From assembly GCF_963921235.1 (NCBI RefSeq), contig NC_086097.1, positions 32,366,001 to 32,430,000 on the forward strand: a stretch of DNA of 64,000 nt, in the 5' to 3' direction. The notes under the pieces are model-generated. The model was not told where the DNA came from. It made no database searches and saw only the letters and a list, made by a program, of their open reading frames with translations. Shown piece by piece: positions 23,566 through 37,900 of the stretch (its first letter is position 1; each line of letters begins with the position of its first letter). Both the position numbers and the translations under genes were made by a program. The stretch comes from Mobula hypostoma (lineage: Eukaryota).

Positions 23566-25727
23566 TGCTGCATTCTTTTGCCTTCTCCCTGTAACACCCT
23601 TACCAGTTAAGAACCTATCAACCTGCACTTTAAATAAACCCAATGACTTGGCCTGCACAACCGTCGATGGTAACGAATTCCACAGATTCACCACCCTCTA
23701 GCAAAATAAATTCCTCATCTCCGTTCTAAAGGGACATCCTTCTATTCTGAGGCTGTGCCCCCTGCTCCTAGACTCCCCCACAATAGGAAACATCTTCTCC
23801 ATCTTGGCCTTCAATTAGGTAGATTTTGATGAGGTCTCTCTTCATTCTTCAAAGTCAGAGCAGTCAGATGCCTTACAGTCCCTTCAGATGACAACAGTAA
23901 ATACATCACACAAACCCACCACTGCCCAAATAAGTCAACTACAACACCAGAACCCAGAGTGAAAATGCCACCCATACAGTTTTGATTAGTTGTTCAGACA
24001 TAGAACAGTACAGCATAGCAGAGGGCTTTCTTAACCTATTCCAAGATTAATCTTGTCCTTCCCTCTCACACAGCCCTCCATTTATATTTCATACATGTGC
24101 CAATGAGTTTCTTAAATATCCCTGATGTATCTGCCTCTACCACCACACCTGGCAGCACGCTCCGTGCACCCACTACTTTCTGAAAACTACCACTGACATC
24201 ACCCCTATACCTTCCTAAAATGAGTTCTGGTTGCCTCAAGGATATGGAAGCTTTAGAGAGGGTGTAGAGAATTACCAGGATGGTGCTTAGTTTATTGAAT
24301 ATGTCTTACGGAGATAGGGAGCATTGTTTTAAGATAAAATAAGGGAAAGTATAGAGAGGATGTCAGAGCTACTGTAGGTTTTTTTTCTATTTTTTTGCGG
24401 AATGATGGGTGCGTGAAACACCCTGCCAGGGTGGTGGGAGAGGCAGCTACATTAGGACATTTAAGAGACTATTAGAATGGCACATGGATGAAAGAAAACG
24501 GAGGGGTATGTGTGGAGTAGGTTAAAAGTTCAATAAATCACCTTAAAATTATAGCCGTTTGTTAGCCATTTCCACCACAGTCTATAGTTGTCCACTCTAT
24601 GCATCTTATCATTTTGTACACCTCCACCAAGTCATCATTCTCCTCCTCTCCAAAGAGAAAAACCCTAACTTACTCAACCTATCTTCTTAATACATGCACT
24701 CTAATCCAAACAGCATCCTGGTAAATCTCTACAGCCTTTCTAAAGCTTCCACAGCCTTCGTCTAATGAGGAATCCTAGAACTCTTTCTCTAAAAGTCATT
24801 CTGTTAGTTTTCTTACAATTCACTTCAAAAGAGAACTCTAAACCATGAACAAGTTTCACAAACCCTACACTGTCAAAATAGAGTCATAGAGCACAGAACT
24901 AGGCACTCTGGACCAGTTGGTCCATGCCAGACTGTTATTCTGTCAGGTCTCATTGACCCACACCCAGAATACAGCCCTCCATGTACTTCTCCCAACTGTT
25001 TAATATCTAACCCACGGCAGCTTGTTCTACATTCTCACCAGCGAATGAAGTTCCCCTTAAACATTTCACCTTTCACTCTCAATCCATGACCTCTTGTTCT
25101 AGTCTCACCCAAAATCAGTGGAAAAGGCCTGCTTGCATTTACCCTATCTAAACCCCTCATAATTTCATATTCTTCTATTAAATCTTCCCTCATTCTCCAA
25201 AGTTCCAGGGAATAAAGTACTAACCTGTTCATCTTTTCCCTGCAACTCAAATCCTCAAGTCAAGGCAACATGCTTGTAAATTTTCTCTGCACTTTCATCA
25301 CGTTGGTATTTTTCCTGTAGGTAGGTGACCTGAACTGCATGATACTCCAAATTCGGCCTCAGAAACGTTTTATACAGCTTCACCGTAACATCCCAACTCC
25401 CATACCCAATACTCTTATCTTTCTATCTTTTTACTGAAATGCAGTGCAGAATAGGCTCTTCCAGCCCAGCAACTGATTTGACCCTAGTCTAATCACAGGA
25501 CAGTTTACAATGGCTAATTAACCATATACATTTATCACATCTCCCTTCATTCTCCTACACCCCAGAGAATACGCCAGAACCCAGAGGGTAAAAGGCTGTG
25601 ACCACACAGTCCTGATTAGTTATTCAGATTGTTTACCTCTGTCATTAACACAAGGAGACAAGGTCCCAGCGATACAGTTTAATTATTTACTGGTCAGGCC
25701 ACCTTCACCTGGCACACGTGGATAATC

Positions 25728-25945
25728 TCATGTATGGGGCTTTTCTGAGCGGTCCTCACCCAGCTCCACAGTGACCTGAAGGGTGTCATTGTAGAACTGT
25801 CCAGCGCTGTCGGAACCTCCAAAGACCAGGAGTTTGAGGCAGGTCCCTGTGCTGCCCTGGCTTGAGCTCAGGTACACTAGGCTATGACCTGCTCTTGGCA
25901 CAGAGGACAGAGGATGGTGATTCAGACTGCTCCAGTTGTAGGTGT
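25728..25945 (-). CDS. Kelch-protein gene last exon, repeat 6 (DTYNWSSL...PRAGHSLVY...[17 protein letters not shown]...KPHT*)
   Basis: tgcacccccag acceptor, TGA at 25730-25728; candidate ATTAAA on the minus strand at 25683-25678. Confidence 0.93.
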
Positions 25946-28900
25946 CTGGGGGTGCAGAGAGTATGGAAAGGAAGGAGTTAGTGCTGGGTGATGTCCACTT
26001 GATAGAAAGTTGCCCAGCATTTGTAGTTGCATACTCCATTACTACAACACTCTCAGTTTCACAAGCGTAATGATCGCTAAAGGTCACCACTATTCATAAA
26101 GTGATCTCTCAACTTCAACCAGGCTCCCTCTCAGTTGCCCTGTCTGTTAATTAAATTAAAGGCATCCATTAGTCTTGTGGGACCACGAATCTGCGCCTGG
26201 AAAGTCTTCACTCTCCAGGGCGCAGGCCTGGGCAAGGTTGTATGGAAGACTGGCAGTTGCCCATGCTGCAAGTCTCCCCTCTCCACAACACCGATGTTGT
26301 CCAAGGGAAGGGCATACAGCTTGGCACCAGTGTCGTCGCAGAGCAATGTGTACAACACGTTGCCTCGGCTGGGGCTCGAACTCACGACCTTCAGGTTGCT
26401 AGTCCAATGCCTTAACCACTTGGCCACGTGCCCACTCTGTTAATAATAGAGGTCATATTACCCATAATCCTCTGCACTGAAGAAATCAGTCTATCCCCTG
26501 TACATCGTTAATGGAGTACAAGTATGTCCAGCAAAGGTGGTGTTTGCTGATTATAAACACAAGAGATTCGCCAGCTGTTGGAAATCGTGAGCAACACACA
26601 CAAAATGTTGGAGGAACTCAGCAAGTCAGGTTGCATCCATGGAGAGGAATAAATGGTTGACATTCCAGCCCAAGACCATTCATCAGGACTCCTGATTCAA
26701 GTGTTTTCTAATCGGTTTTGCAGTGAGGTGCATGGTGAGAGATTGCAGAGACCAGGTGTACAGAGGGACAAGGGCGTCAGAGTGCATGATTCATAAAAGG
26801 CTGATGTGTAGAGACAGCAATGAGTGAAGAAAACTAACAGCAGATAGCTGATTGGTAGGATTGAATGTTAGATGTCTTACTGGTGAGACCACACCAACAG
26901 CACCATCACAGCTTTGCAGCATAAGAACATAAGAAACAGGAGCAGGAGTAGGCTATCCGGCCCATCAAGCCTGCCCCGCCATTCAATAAGATCATGGCTG
27001 ATCTGTCCATAAGCTCAGCTCCATCTACCTTCCTTTTCCCCATAACCCTTAATTCCCCTATGTAAAAATCTATCTAACTGTATCTTAAATATATTTAGTG
27101 AAGAAGCCTCAACTGCTTCCCTGGGCAGAGAATTCCACAGATTCACAGCTCTCTGGGAGAAAGAGTTTCTCCTCATCTCCGTCCTAAATCTTCTCCCCTG
27201 AATCTTGAGGCAGTGTCCCCTAGTTTTAGTCTCAAATATGGAGTCATATGTAGTGCCTTGAAAAAGTATTCACTCACCATACCTTTGTTCACATTGAAGA
27301 GCATTACAACCAGAGATTTTGATTCATTTAACTGAAGTTTTAGATTTGTGCATCACATGGTCCTTTTTTCACAGTAGGGCCCAAAATACGGGGGAAAATT
27401 GTAAAGAATGAAAAACTAAAAATTCAAAACTCACCACACGACCACCAAAAAAGCATACAAGACAAGGGAACACATACCAATCATTGTAGAGGGATCAGAA
27501 GTGAAAAGAGAGAGATATTGACACACAAGAACTTGAAATTGCTCAGAGGACCCAACCTGGACACAACATACTGATGCAGCTGTAAAGAATGCAAGGCAGT
27601 AGCTATACTTCATTAGGAGTTTGAGGAGATTTGGTTTAACCATATAACAATTACAGCACAGAAACAGGCCATCTCGGTCCTTCTAGTCCATGCCAAACTC
27701 TTACTCTCACCTAGTCCCACCAACCTGCACTCAGCCCATAACCCTCCATTCCTTTCCTGTCCATATAGCTGTCCAATTTAACTTTAAACAGCAAAATCTA
27801 ACCTGCCTCACCCACTTCTGCTGGAAGCTCGTTCCACACAGCTACCACTCTCTGAGTAAAGAAGTTCCCCCTCATGTTACCCCTAAACTTTTGCCCTTTA
27901 ACTCTCAACTCATGTCCTCTTGTTTGAATCTCCCCCACTCTCAACAGAAAAAGCCTATTCACGTCAACTCTTTCTATCCCCCTCAAATTTAAATACCTCT
28001 ATCAAGTCCCCCCTCAACCTTCTACGCTCCAAAAAATAAAGACCTAACTTGTTCAACCTTTCTCTGTAACTCAGGTGATGAAACCCAGGTATCATTCTGG
28101 TAAATCCTCTCTGTACTCTCTCTATTTTGTTGACATCTTTCCTATAATTCGGTGACCAAAACTGTACACAATACTCCAAATTTGGCCTCACCAATGCCTT
28201 GTACAATTTCAACATTACATCCCAACTCCTATACTCAATACTCTGATTTATACAGGCCAGCATACCGAAAGCTTTCTTCACTACCTTATCCACATGAGAT
28301 TCCACCTTCAGGGAACTATGCACCATTATTCCTAGATTCCTCTGTTCTACTGCATTCTTCAATGCCCTACCACTTACCATGTATGTCCTATTTTGACTAG
28401 TCCTACCAAAATGTAGCACCTCACATTTATCAGCATTAAACTCCATCTGCCATCTTTCAGCCCACTCTTCTAACCAGCCTAAATCTCTCTGCAAGCTTTG
28501 AAAACCTACTTTATTATCCACAACGCCACCTATCTTAGTATCATCTGCATACTTACTCATCCAATTTACCACCCCATCATCCAGATCATTAATGTATATG
28601 ACAAATAACACTGGACCCAGTACAGATGGTTTGTCAACTAAGACACTCGAAATCTTCAGCAGATGAACTGTGGAGAGCATTCTGCATCACCATCTGGTAT
28701 GGTATGGGGGGGGGGCTACTGCACAAGAATGAAGTAATTTACAAAGACTTGTAAACTCCATCATGGGTACCAGCCTCTGTAGTATTCAACGCATCTTCAA
28801 GGAGCGGTGCCTTAGGAAGGCAGCGTCCATCAAGAATCCCATCTCCCAGGGCATGCCCTCTTCTCATAGTAACCATCAGGTAGGAGGTACAGAGGCCTGA

Positions 28901-31900
28901 AGGCACACACTCAGTGACTCAGGAACAGCTTCTTCCCCTCTGCCATCCAATTTCTAAATGGACATTGAACCCAAGAACACTACCTCACGACATTTTTTGG
29001 GTTTTTTTGCACTACTTATTTTAACAACTATTTAATAGACATACATATACTTTCAGTTTTTATCCCTCTATATTTATCATGTATTTCATTGTACTTCTGC
29101 TGTAAAGTTAACAAATTTCACGACGCATGCTGGTGATATTAAACCTGATTCTGATCCTTGCCATAAAACTTTGCCAAGCATCACACAGAAGATACTGCAA
29201 AGATGAGGAAGATGGTCTTGTGGTCGGATGAGACAAGCATTGATCTTTTTGGCCTCAACACTAAGTGGTACATGTGGCATAAATCTAATACTACACATCA
29301 GCCAGATAACACCATCCCTACTGTAAAGGAAGGTGGAGGAACATCATGCTGTGGCGATGCTTTTCAGTGGCAGGGACTGGAAATCTAACCAGGACTGAGG
29401 GGAAGATGAACACTATTAAATACAGAAAGATCCTGGATAACAACCTGCTAGTGTTTACCAGAAAACTTAAAACTGGGCGAGAAGTTCATCTTTCAGCAGG
29501 ACAGCAACCAAAAGCACACTGCCAGAGCAACCATGGAGTGGCTTCAAATGAAGAAAATTGATGTTGAAGTGGCCCAGTCAGAATCCTGACCTTAACCCAA
29601 TCGAACACCACTGACAAGACCTCAAGGTTGCTGTCCGCCGCCGCTCCCAAACTAACCTGGCACAACTTGAGAAATTCTGCAAGGAGGAATGGCCAAATCT
29701 TGCTCCGTCATGTTGTGCAAAGCTAATAGAGATTTATCCAAAAAGACTACTCTGGTTGTAGTAGCTGTGAGAGGTGATTCAGCTGAGGAAAGGGGGATGA
29801 ATACTTTTGAACTGCTGACATTTCATTTTCTGAATTTTTAGTTTTTCCATGTTTTACAATTTTTTGGGGCTCAACTGTGAAAAAAGAAGCATGTGATTCA
29901 CAAATAAAAATTTTAGTTATATTAATCAAAATCCCTTGTTGTAATACTCCTGGATGGGGGCTAAATATTTTTTCAAGGCACTGTGCTACACAGTGCAGAT
30001 AATGACAGCTATTTAGATGACAAGAGATTTTTTTTTGATGGATAGGGGCCAAGTGCTAGAAGAAGAAAGACATTTGTGACATGTACATAGAGACATACAG
30101 TGAAATACGCCGTTTGCATCAACTGTCTGGGACAGCCTGCAAGTGTCGCTATGATTCTGGTGCCAACATACCATGCCCACAACTTACTAATTCTAACTCA
30201 TGTCTTAGGAATGTGGGAGGAAACCGGAGCACCCAGAGGAAACCCACACAGTCACAGGGAGAACACACAAACAGCAGAAATCAAACCAATGTTGTAGAGT
30301 ACTACACTAACCTCGATACTACATCTTGGTTTGCATGACACTTATGGGCCAAAGGGGTTTTTGATGCTGTACAATTCTATAACAAGGAGCAGGCGTAGCT
30401 CCTCGGTCCCTCAAACCTGCTACACCCTTTGATAAGATCATGGCTGATCTGACCTCTCAAGTGTACATAGTGAAAAAAGCACGGAAATCAGTTCAGTGAA
30501 GGTTTCTGAGACTTATACCAGGAGTTGGTGGGTTGTCTGCCTGAGGAACGTTTGGAGAGGCCAGATTAGTGCTTATTGGAGTTTAGGTGATCAACAGAAA
30601 TCATAGCATTATGAAGCACAACAGCACAGAAACAGACCCTTTGGCCCATCTAATCCTGTCTAGTCCCATCTACAAGCATCTGAACCATGGGTCTCCATAC
30701 CTCTCCCATCAGTGTATTTATCCAAACTTCTCTCAATGCAAACACAAGAAATTCTGCAGATGCTGGAACTCCAAAGCAACACACAAAATGTTGGAGGAAC
30801 TCAGCAAGTCAGGCAGCATCTAAGGAAATGAAGAAACAGTCGATGTTTCAGGCCGAGACCCTTTTTCAGGACTGAAAAGGAAGGGAGAAGACGTCAGAAT
30901 AAAAAGGTGGGGTGAGGGGGAGAAAGGATAGCTGGGTGGGTAGGAAAGATAAAGGGCTGGAGAGGAAGGGATCTGATAGGAGAGGAGAGTGGACTACAGG
31001 AGAAAGGGAAGGATGAGGGGCATCAGAGGGAGGTGATAGTCAGATGAGAAGAGGTAAAAAATCAGTGGGGGACAGATGCAGAGGGGACAGGGAGGGAAAT
31101 ATTTTTTTTTAAACCAGAAGGAGAAATCCACATTCATGCTATCAGGTTGGAGGCTACCTAGATGGAATACAAGGTGATGCTCCTCCACCCCCAGGGTGGT
31201 CTCATCGTGATACAAGAGGAGGCCATGGACCAGCATGTTGGAATGGGAATCAGAATTAAAATATTTGGCCACTTTAGGCAGATGGAGAGGAGGTTAGCAA
31301 CGAAGCAGTCCTCCAATTCATGATAGCCCTTACCAAATGTAGAGGATGCCGCATTGGGAGTGTCAGACACAACAGACGGCCCCAGCAGATTCACAGGTGG
31401 AGTGTTGCCTCACCTGGAAGGACTGTTCGGGGCCATTGAACGGAGTTGTGGGAGGAGGTGAATGGGCAGGTGTAGCACATTGGCTGCTTGCAGGGACAAG
31501 TGCCAGGAGGGACAAATGTCGAATGTTTGTCAACGCTCTTAAATGTTGCATCCAACATTTCCACTGACAGCTCGTTCCACACTCGCACCACCCACTGAAT
31601 GAGGAAGCTCACCCTCGGGTTGCCCTTAAAATTTCACCTTTCACCCTTAACCTGTGACTTCCAGTCTTGGTGTCACCCATCCTCAGTGGAAAAAGCCTGC
31701 TTGCATTTACCCTGTCTGTACCCTTCCTCATTTTATATACAGTACCTCTATTGATTGAAATACTGAGGGGTCAACAGACTGGATGTACTGGATAGAAGGG
31801 GTTTCCTCCTTGCAGAGAACCCAGAACTAGGTGTCACTGTATAAACAGAAGGCAAGGCCAGATAAGACAAAGCAAGGTGACATTTTCTGAGGATTTTGAC

Positions 31901-34900
31901 CTCAAAGGGCAACAGAACTTGTCTTTAAATAAGGCAGAGGAAGATAGGCTTTTGACGGATGAGGGGGTGATTAATTACCGGGGGAAGACAGGAATGTGAA
32001 TTTGAGGTTACAGTCAGATTAGTCACAATGTTGCTGAACAGTGGGACTGGCTCCAGACGACCAGTAGCTTCCTCCTGCTCCTCATTCCTATGTTTGCACG
32101 GTATCAGAGCCTGGTGGGCACTTGGGGCTCGTTGTAAGATCAGCTGACTATGCAGTAATAAGTCCTGCCATGGTGCCGCTGAATAAGAACAAACAAGAGG
32201 GGCTGAATGGTCTCCTTGTTCTTCCACTGGGGCAGCAGATTATAGGATCTGCCCCACTAACATGGTAACTGTGGAAGGAATGGAAGTGGAGTTTTCCCAG
32301 CATGTATTTAGTGAAAGAAAGGGCCCGATAAGGGATAAGGAATCATTACCATGGAAACTAGATGGGGGACAAGGGGAGGAAGAGGAGGGCAAGAGTAATA
32401 GAGTCAGAGAGCTACAGCTTAGAAACAGCCCCTTCAGCCCGACTTGTCCATGTCCAGCAAACTAGTCCACCCTACCCACAACTGGCCCATAGTCCTCCAA
32501 ATCTCTCCTATCCATGTACTTATCTAAATGGTTTTTAAATGTTGCTAATTAATATAATAAATATTCCAAGTATGCACACCCTTTGTGTGAAGAAATTGCC
32601 CCTAATGTACCCATTGAATCTCTTAGCTCACATCTTAAATCTATGCCCTGTTGCTTTCAGCATTCACTCCCTGGGAAAAGACTATGTGCGTTCACCTGTT
32701 TATGCCCATCATGATCTTATATATGTCTATCAGGTCACCCTCAATCTTCTGCACTCCAATGAATAAAGTCCTGCTCTACGCAACCTCTCCTTGTAACTCA
32801 GATCCTCAAGGCCATGCAACGACCTAGTGAATCTTTCCTGCATTCTTTCCAGTTTAATTACATCTTTCTTCACCAAATCTGTACACAGTATTTCAAGCTT
32901 TTACTTGGATTTTCAGAAGGCATTTGATAAGGTGCCACACTAGGTTGCTTAACAAGATAAAATCCTATGGCGTTACAGGAAAGATACTGGTAGGGACAGA
33001 GGAATGGTTGACAGTCAGGAGGTGGCGAGTAGGAATAAAGGGGGCCTTCTCTGTTTGGCTGCCAGTGACTAATGGTGTTCCTCAGGGGTCAGTATTGGGG
33101 CCGCTACTTTTCACATTTTTTGTCAATGATTTGGATAATGAATTCGTAGCAAAGTGTGCCGGTGATATGAAGATAGGTGGAGGGGTAGGTGGTGCTGAGG
33201 AAACAATACGATTGCAGCAGGACTTAGACAAATTGGAAGAATGGGCAAAAAAGTGGCAGATGGAAGTGTTGGGAAATGTACGATAATGCATTTTAGTAAA
33301 AGGAACAATAGTACGGACTGTTATCTAAATAGGGAGAAGGTTCAAACATCAGAGGTGCAGAGGGACTTTGGAGTCCTTGTGCAAGATCCCTAGAAGGTTA
33401 ATTTACAGGTTGAGTCTGTGGTAAAGAAGGCAAATGCAATGTTAGCATTTATTTCAAGGGAAATAGAATATAAAACCAAGGAGATAATGCTGATGCTTTA
33501 TAAGACACTGGTCAGGCCACACTTGGAGTATTGGCAACAGTTTTGGGCCTCATATCTCAGAAAGGATGTGTTGTCATTGAAGAGGGTCCAGAGGAGGTTC
33601 ACAAGGATGATTCTAGGAACGAAGGGGTTAACATATGAGAAGAATTTGGCAGCTTTGGGCCTGTACCCAATGGAATTTAGAAGAATGTAGGGAGTTCTCA
33701 TTGAGACCTACCGAATGTTGAAAGGACTAGATAAGGAGGATGTGGAGAGGATGCTTGCTATGGTGGGGGTATCCAGAACTAGAGGGCACAGCCTCAAAAT
33801 TGAGGGGGGACCTTTTAGAGGTAAGGAGGGATTTTTTTTTTTAAACCAGAGATTAGTGAGTCTGTGGAATGCTTTGCCACAGACTGAACTGGAGGCCAAG
33901 TCCATGTGTATATTTCAAGTGAAAATTGAGCTTCCTGAAAGGTCAGGGCATCAAAGGATATGGCGAGAAGGCAGGTGTATGGGGTTTGAGTGTGTTCTGG
34001 GATCAGCCAAGATGGAATGGTGGAACAGACTCAATGGGCTGAATGGCCTAATTCTGCTCCCATGTCTTATGGTCTAGGTATGGCCTCAGTTAATAAAATA
34101 ATTGAACCATTGGTTCCTTAGCTCTTATTAGAGATTATAACCCTGTGTTATACCGAAATCATGCAAGGGAAATGGCCAAGGGACAATGGACTGTAATTCT
34201 GAGTCTCGAGCAACACCAGGATGCCAGGGAAATCAGCTGAGGGAAAGAGGGCCAGAATGACTCCTATCCAGTGCCTTCCCCTCAAGGCAGGATGAGAAAT
34301 AACTGCTTCATAGTTACACAGACAAGATTCCACCTACCTAGGTTGAAGATAAACGCGTCGTGCAGGGCCCCAGTCAGATTGTATCCACCGCTTATCAGAA
34401 TCTTGTTCTCATTCACAGGCACAGCAGCGTGGCGACTAAAACAAGACAAAATTCCATTTATATTACACTTTTTTTGGAAGTTATGTTGAATTTCTGAAGG
34501 AACCAAAGAGAAATTACTGAAGGCTTTACCAGCAGCTTCCATAGAGTTTAATCTCCATTGTAATACGTACCTATTTGGTTTTCTAATGACTTTGGTTTTG
34601 TCCTAGTCAACCATCTCTCCCACCACATTACATAATCCTAGACACAGACCTTAGCTCCATATGCACTGTCGTAGAACAGCACAGTACCCTTTTGCCCATG
34701 AAGTTGCACGGATCTTTTAACCTACTCCAAGATCAATCCAACCCTTCCCTTCTACATCGCCTTTTTAAAAATTATTTTAAATACCCCTAATGTATCTGCC
34801 TCTGCCCACCACCCTGTCAGGTGTTCGATGCATTCACCACTCTCTCTAAAAATATCTACCTCTGACATAAACCCCTCTCCCCATACTCTCCTCCAGTCAC

Positions 34901-37900
34901 CTTAAAAGTATGCCCCCTCATATTAGCTATTTCCACTCTGAGGAAAAAGTCTTTAGCTGTCCACTCTATCTATGCCTCTTATCATCTTGTTACACCACTA
35001 TCAAGTCACCTCTCATCCTCCTTTGTTCTAAAGAGAAAAACTCTAGCTTACTCGACCTATCCTCATATGACAAGTTTTCTTATCCTGGTAAATCTCATTT
35101 GCATTCTCTCTAAAGCCTCCACACCCTGCCAAGAATGAGCAAGCAGAACTGGACACAATATTCCAAGTGTGGTCTGTGACATTAACCTCCCAGCTCTTAA
35201 ACTCAATCCTGCAACTAGTGAAATGCTAAAACACCACGTGTCTTCTTAACCACCTGATCAACTTGAGCTGCAACATTTAGTGATCTATGATGTCACAAAA
35301 AACTGTGGGTCAATTGTTTAAGAAAAATAACCAGATGGCTTGAGTTGCAAAAATAAATTGAGTGCTTTTATTAACCTCAAAACAAGACAAAAATTGGGGA
35401 AAAAAAATATATATAGCCACCCTCAGACTAAACACCAAAGAAAACTAACCCCAAAGCCTTGGTAACCTGAGGCTTACAACTGCTAAGCCCCTCCCCCTAG
35501 ACCAACTAAAAGCTAATCAACTCAATTATCCAATTAAAGATGGTATCCTCCACCATCAGCACACCTGCGCAGGTTGTTGCTGCCTCTATTTGAGACATCT
35601 CCATGCAGCAGCTCTGTTTCAGACCCAGTCACCATTACTGCTGGGGATGAGTGTTTTATCGAGTGCGCCATGTGCCGTCTGTAGTTAGTGACGGGCCTTC
35701 GTCACAATGAACTGTGTGGTATGCTTAGCCTGAAGGAGGTTAAATCTCCTCTTTGACAGTTCAGTGAGACCCTCTCTCACTGCTCCGCCTGTGGTTTCTC
35801 CTGCTGTCCAACTCTTTGACCAAGTGCTTATCCAGGCTTGTCAGCCTGTACTCCTTTCCCCTCACCTTATCCTTATTTTGTTGTTGGCCCCCTTTCCAGT
35901 CCTGAGGAAGGGTCTTGGCCCAAAACTTTGACTGTTTAGAGGGCTTTAGTTTATGGTGCGAGGGGAAGTTTAAGGGGGATTTGCAAGGCAAGCTTTCATT
36001 TTTCTTTTGTACTGAGTTGTGGGAGTCTGAAACACTCTGCAGGGGAGATGGTGAAAGCAGATACAATAGAATTATTTAGGAGGAATTTAGACAGACAGAT
36101 GAACCCAAGCACATGGCATTAGTTTAAACTGGCATCATGGTTAGCACAGATATGGTGAGCCAAAGATCCTACTCTTGTGCTGTACTATGTAAAATTCTCT
36201 TTACACTGTCCTACCACACACACGAGCTCCAAGACGACCACAAGTTTTGGAGGCTTGCAAGCCTCAATGACCTGGAGAGCTATATCGGCTGGAGTCAGGG
36301 CTTTATGTTTTGGCTCTTTCTTGGGTCACCCATGCCAAACAGGTCAAAGGGTAGAGGCCAGACTAAGAGTGGGCCACTGGTCCTCCAGGTTCGAGGTTCA
36401 GCTCAGGGCTAACAACCCTGACTGGTAAAACAAAACTGTTACGGAAACAGCAATGAAGAATCCTTCTACATCTGAGAGCGATGGTATTCCTTAGTGTGCT
36501 CTGGGACTTGCATGACCGACAGTAGTGGAAATCGAGCTACTGACATGATGAAGGAAGCCCTGGACACCGCCAGAGATAGAGGACCTTCATTGCTGCCCTA
36601 AATGCCAGCAGTGTAACTGGCAATAGAGGCCACACACATCCAGTGCCTTCTCCTGGGTTGCTGGAGTCAGTACTTCCTCACTCCACAGTAACCGGCTAGC
36701 CACTGCTTCACCTGGACGAGGAGATCAAGCTCCCTGACCAGCACCATTCCTCTCCATTTGTTGAACCCTGTGGTTTACACAGACCCTCGTTCCCCGAGGG
36801 GAAGACCTACCATCGTGGAGGAGGAGGACCTGGGATTTGTACGTTCACATACTCCATGAAACCTAGGGGAAATGGACAGGAGTTAGAATCAGCAGACTGC
36901 GAGGCTATTCTGACATCAATCTACATCAGTTCCTTTCTGGAACATTCCAGTGTCTTCCCCACCCTGACAATGTTTAGTTAATGAACTACACATATTCAGA
37001 ACAATACAACACAGTACGGGTCCTTCACCCACAATGTTTTGCCGACCTTTTAGCGTGCTCTAAGATCACTCTAGGATATGGTTTAAGATGACGCTAGTGA
37101 GATGCAGCGATGCCTTACCGGCAGCAAACAAAACTACAAACTGCTGTACTAATCACACTTTTCCTGGATAACGATCACTACAATCGATAGCTTGTAACTT
37201 CCTTTTCAGCGCTGTGCTTTTGAACTGCCTGTATGACCTGGCATTTTTGTGGTGTGAACTGGAGTCGCGAGGTGCAGTAAGGTCGCAGCGTGGCAGGTAT
37301 GGGCCAAGTCAAAGGGGCAGGGCCCGGGAGCGAGGATCGAGCTGATGTTTGGTCGATATAAGTACCAGGCCAGATTGGAGTGTCGGGGCCGGAGTCGAGG
37401 GAGGGGCAGACGTTCAGCTCACTGCTCCAGGAGGTTCAGCTCACTGCTCCGGGAGTGTCGGGGCCGGAGTCGAGGAGGGGCAGACATTCAGCTCACTGCT
37501 CCAGGAGGTTCAGCTCACTGCTCCGGGGGTGTTGGGGCCGGAATCGAGGGAGGGGCAGAGGTTCAGCTCACTGCTCCGGGTGTGTTGGGGCCGGAGTCAA
37601 GGAGGGGCAGATATTCAGCTCACTGCTCCAGGGAGATTTGCTTATCTCTGCACAGAATTGAGGCCGCGGCTGCAATTAATGGACTCTTGACCGGCTGCAG
37701 CAATGAACTGGCTTCGTGGTTGTGGATTCACTTTTGTAAATTTTAGTTCTGAGTGTTATTTTGTTTTATTGTTTGCACAATTTGTTTCTTTTCTATGCAT
37801 ATTGGGTGCTTGATGGTCTTTTTCCAATGAGTTCTATTGGGTTTCTTCATTTATGCAGCTGCCTGCAAGGAGATGAATCTTAAAGTTGTATATAGTATAG

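Noticed and set aside
26360..26433. Possible tRNA gene
   Set aside because: No convincing acceptor stem, and it continues into a SINE body with tail and TSD.
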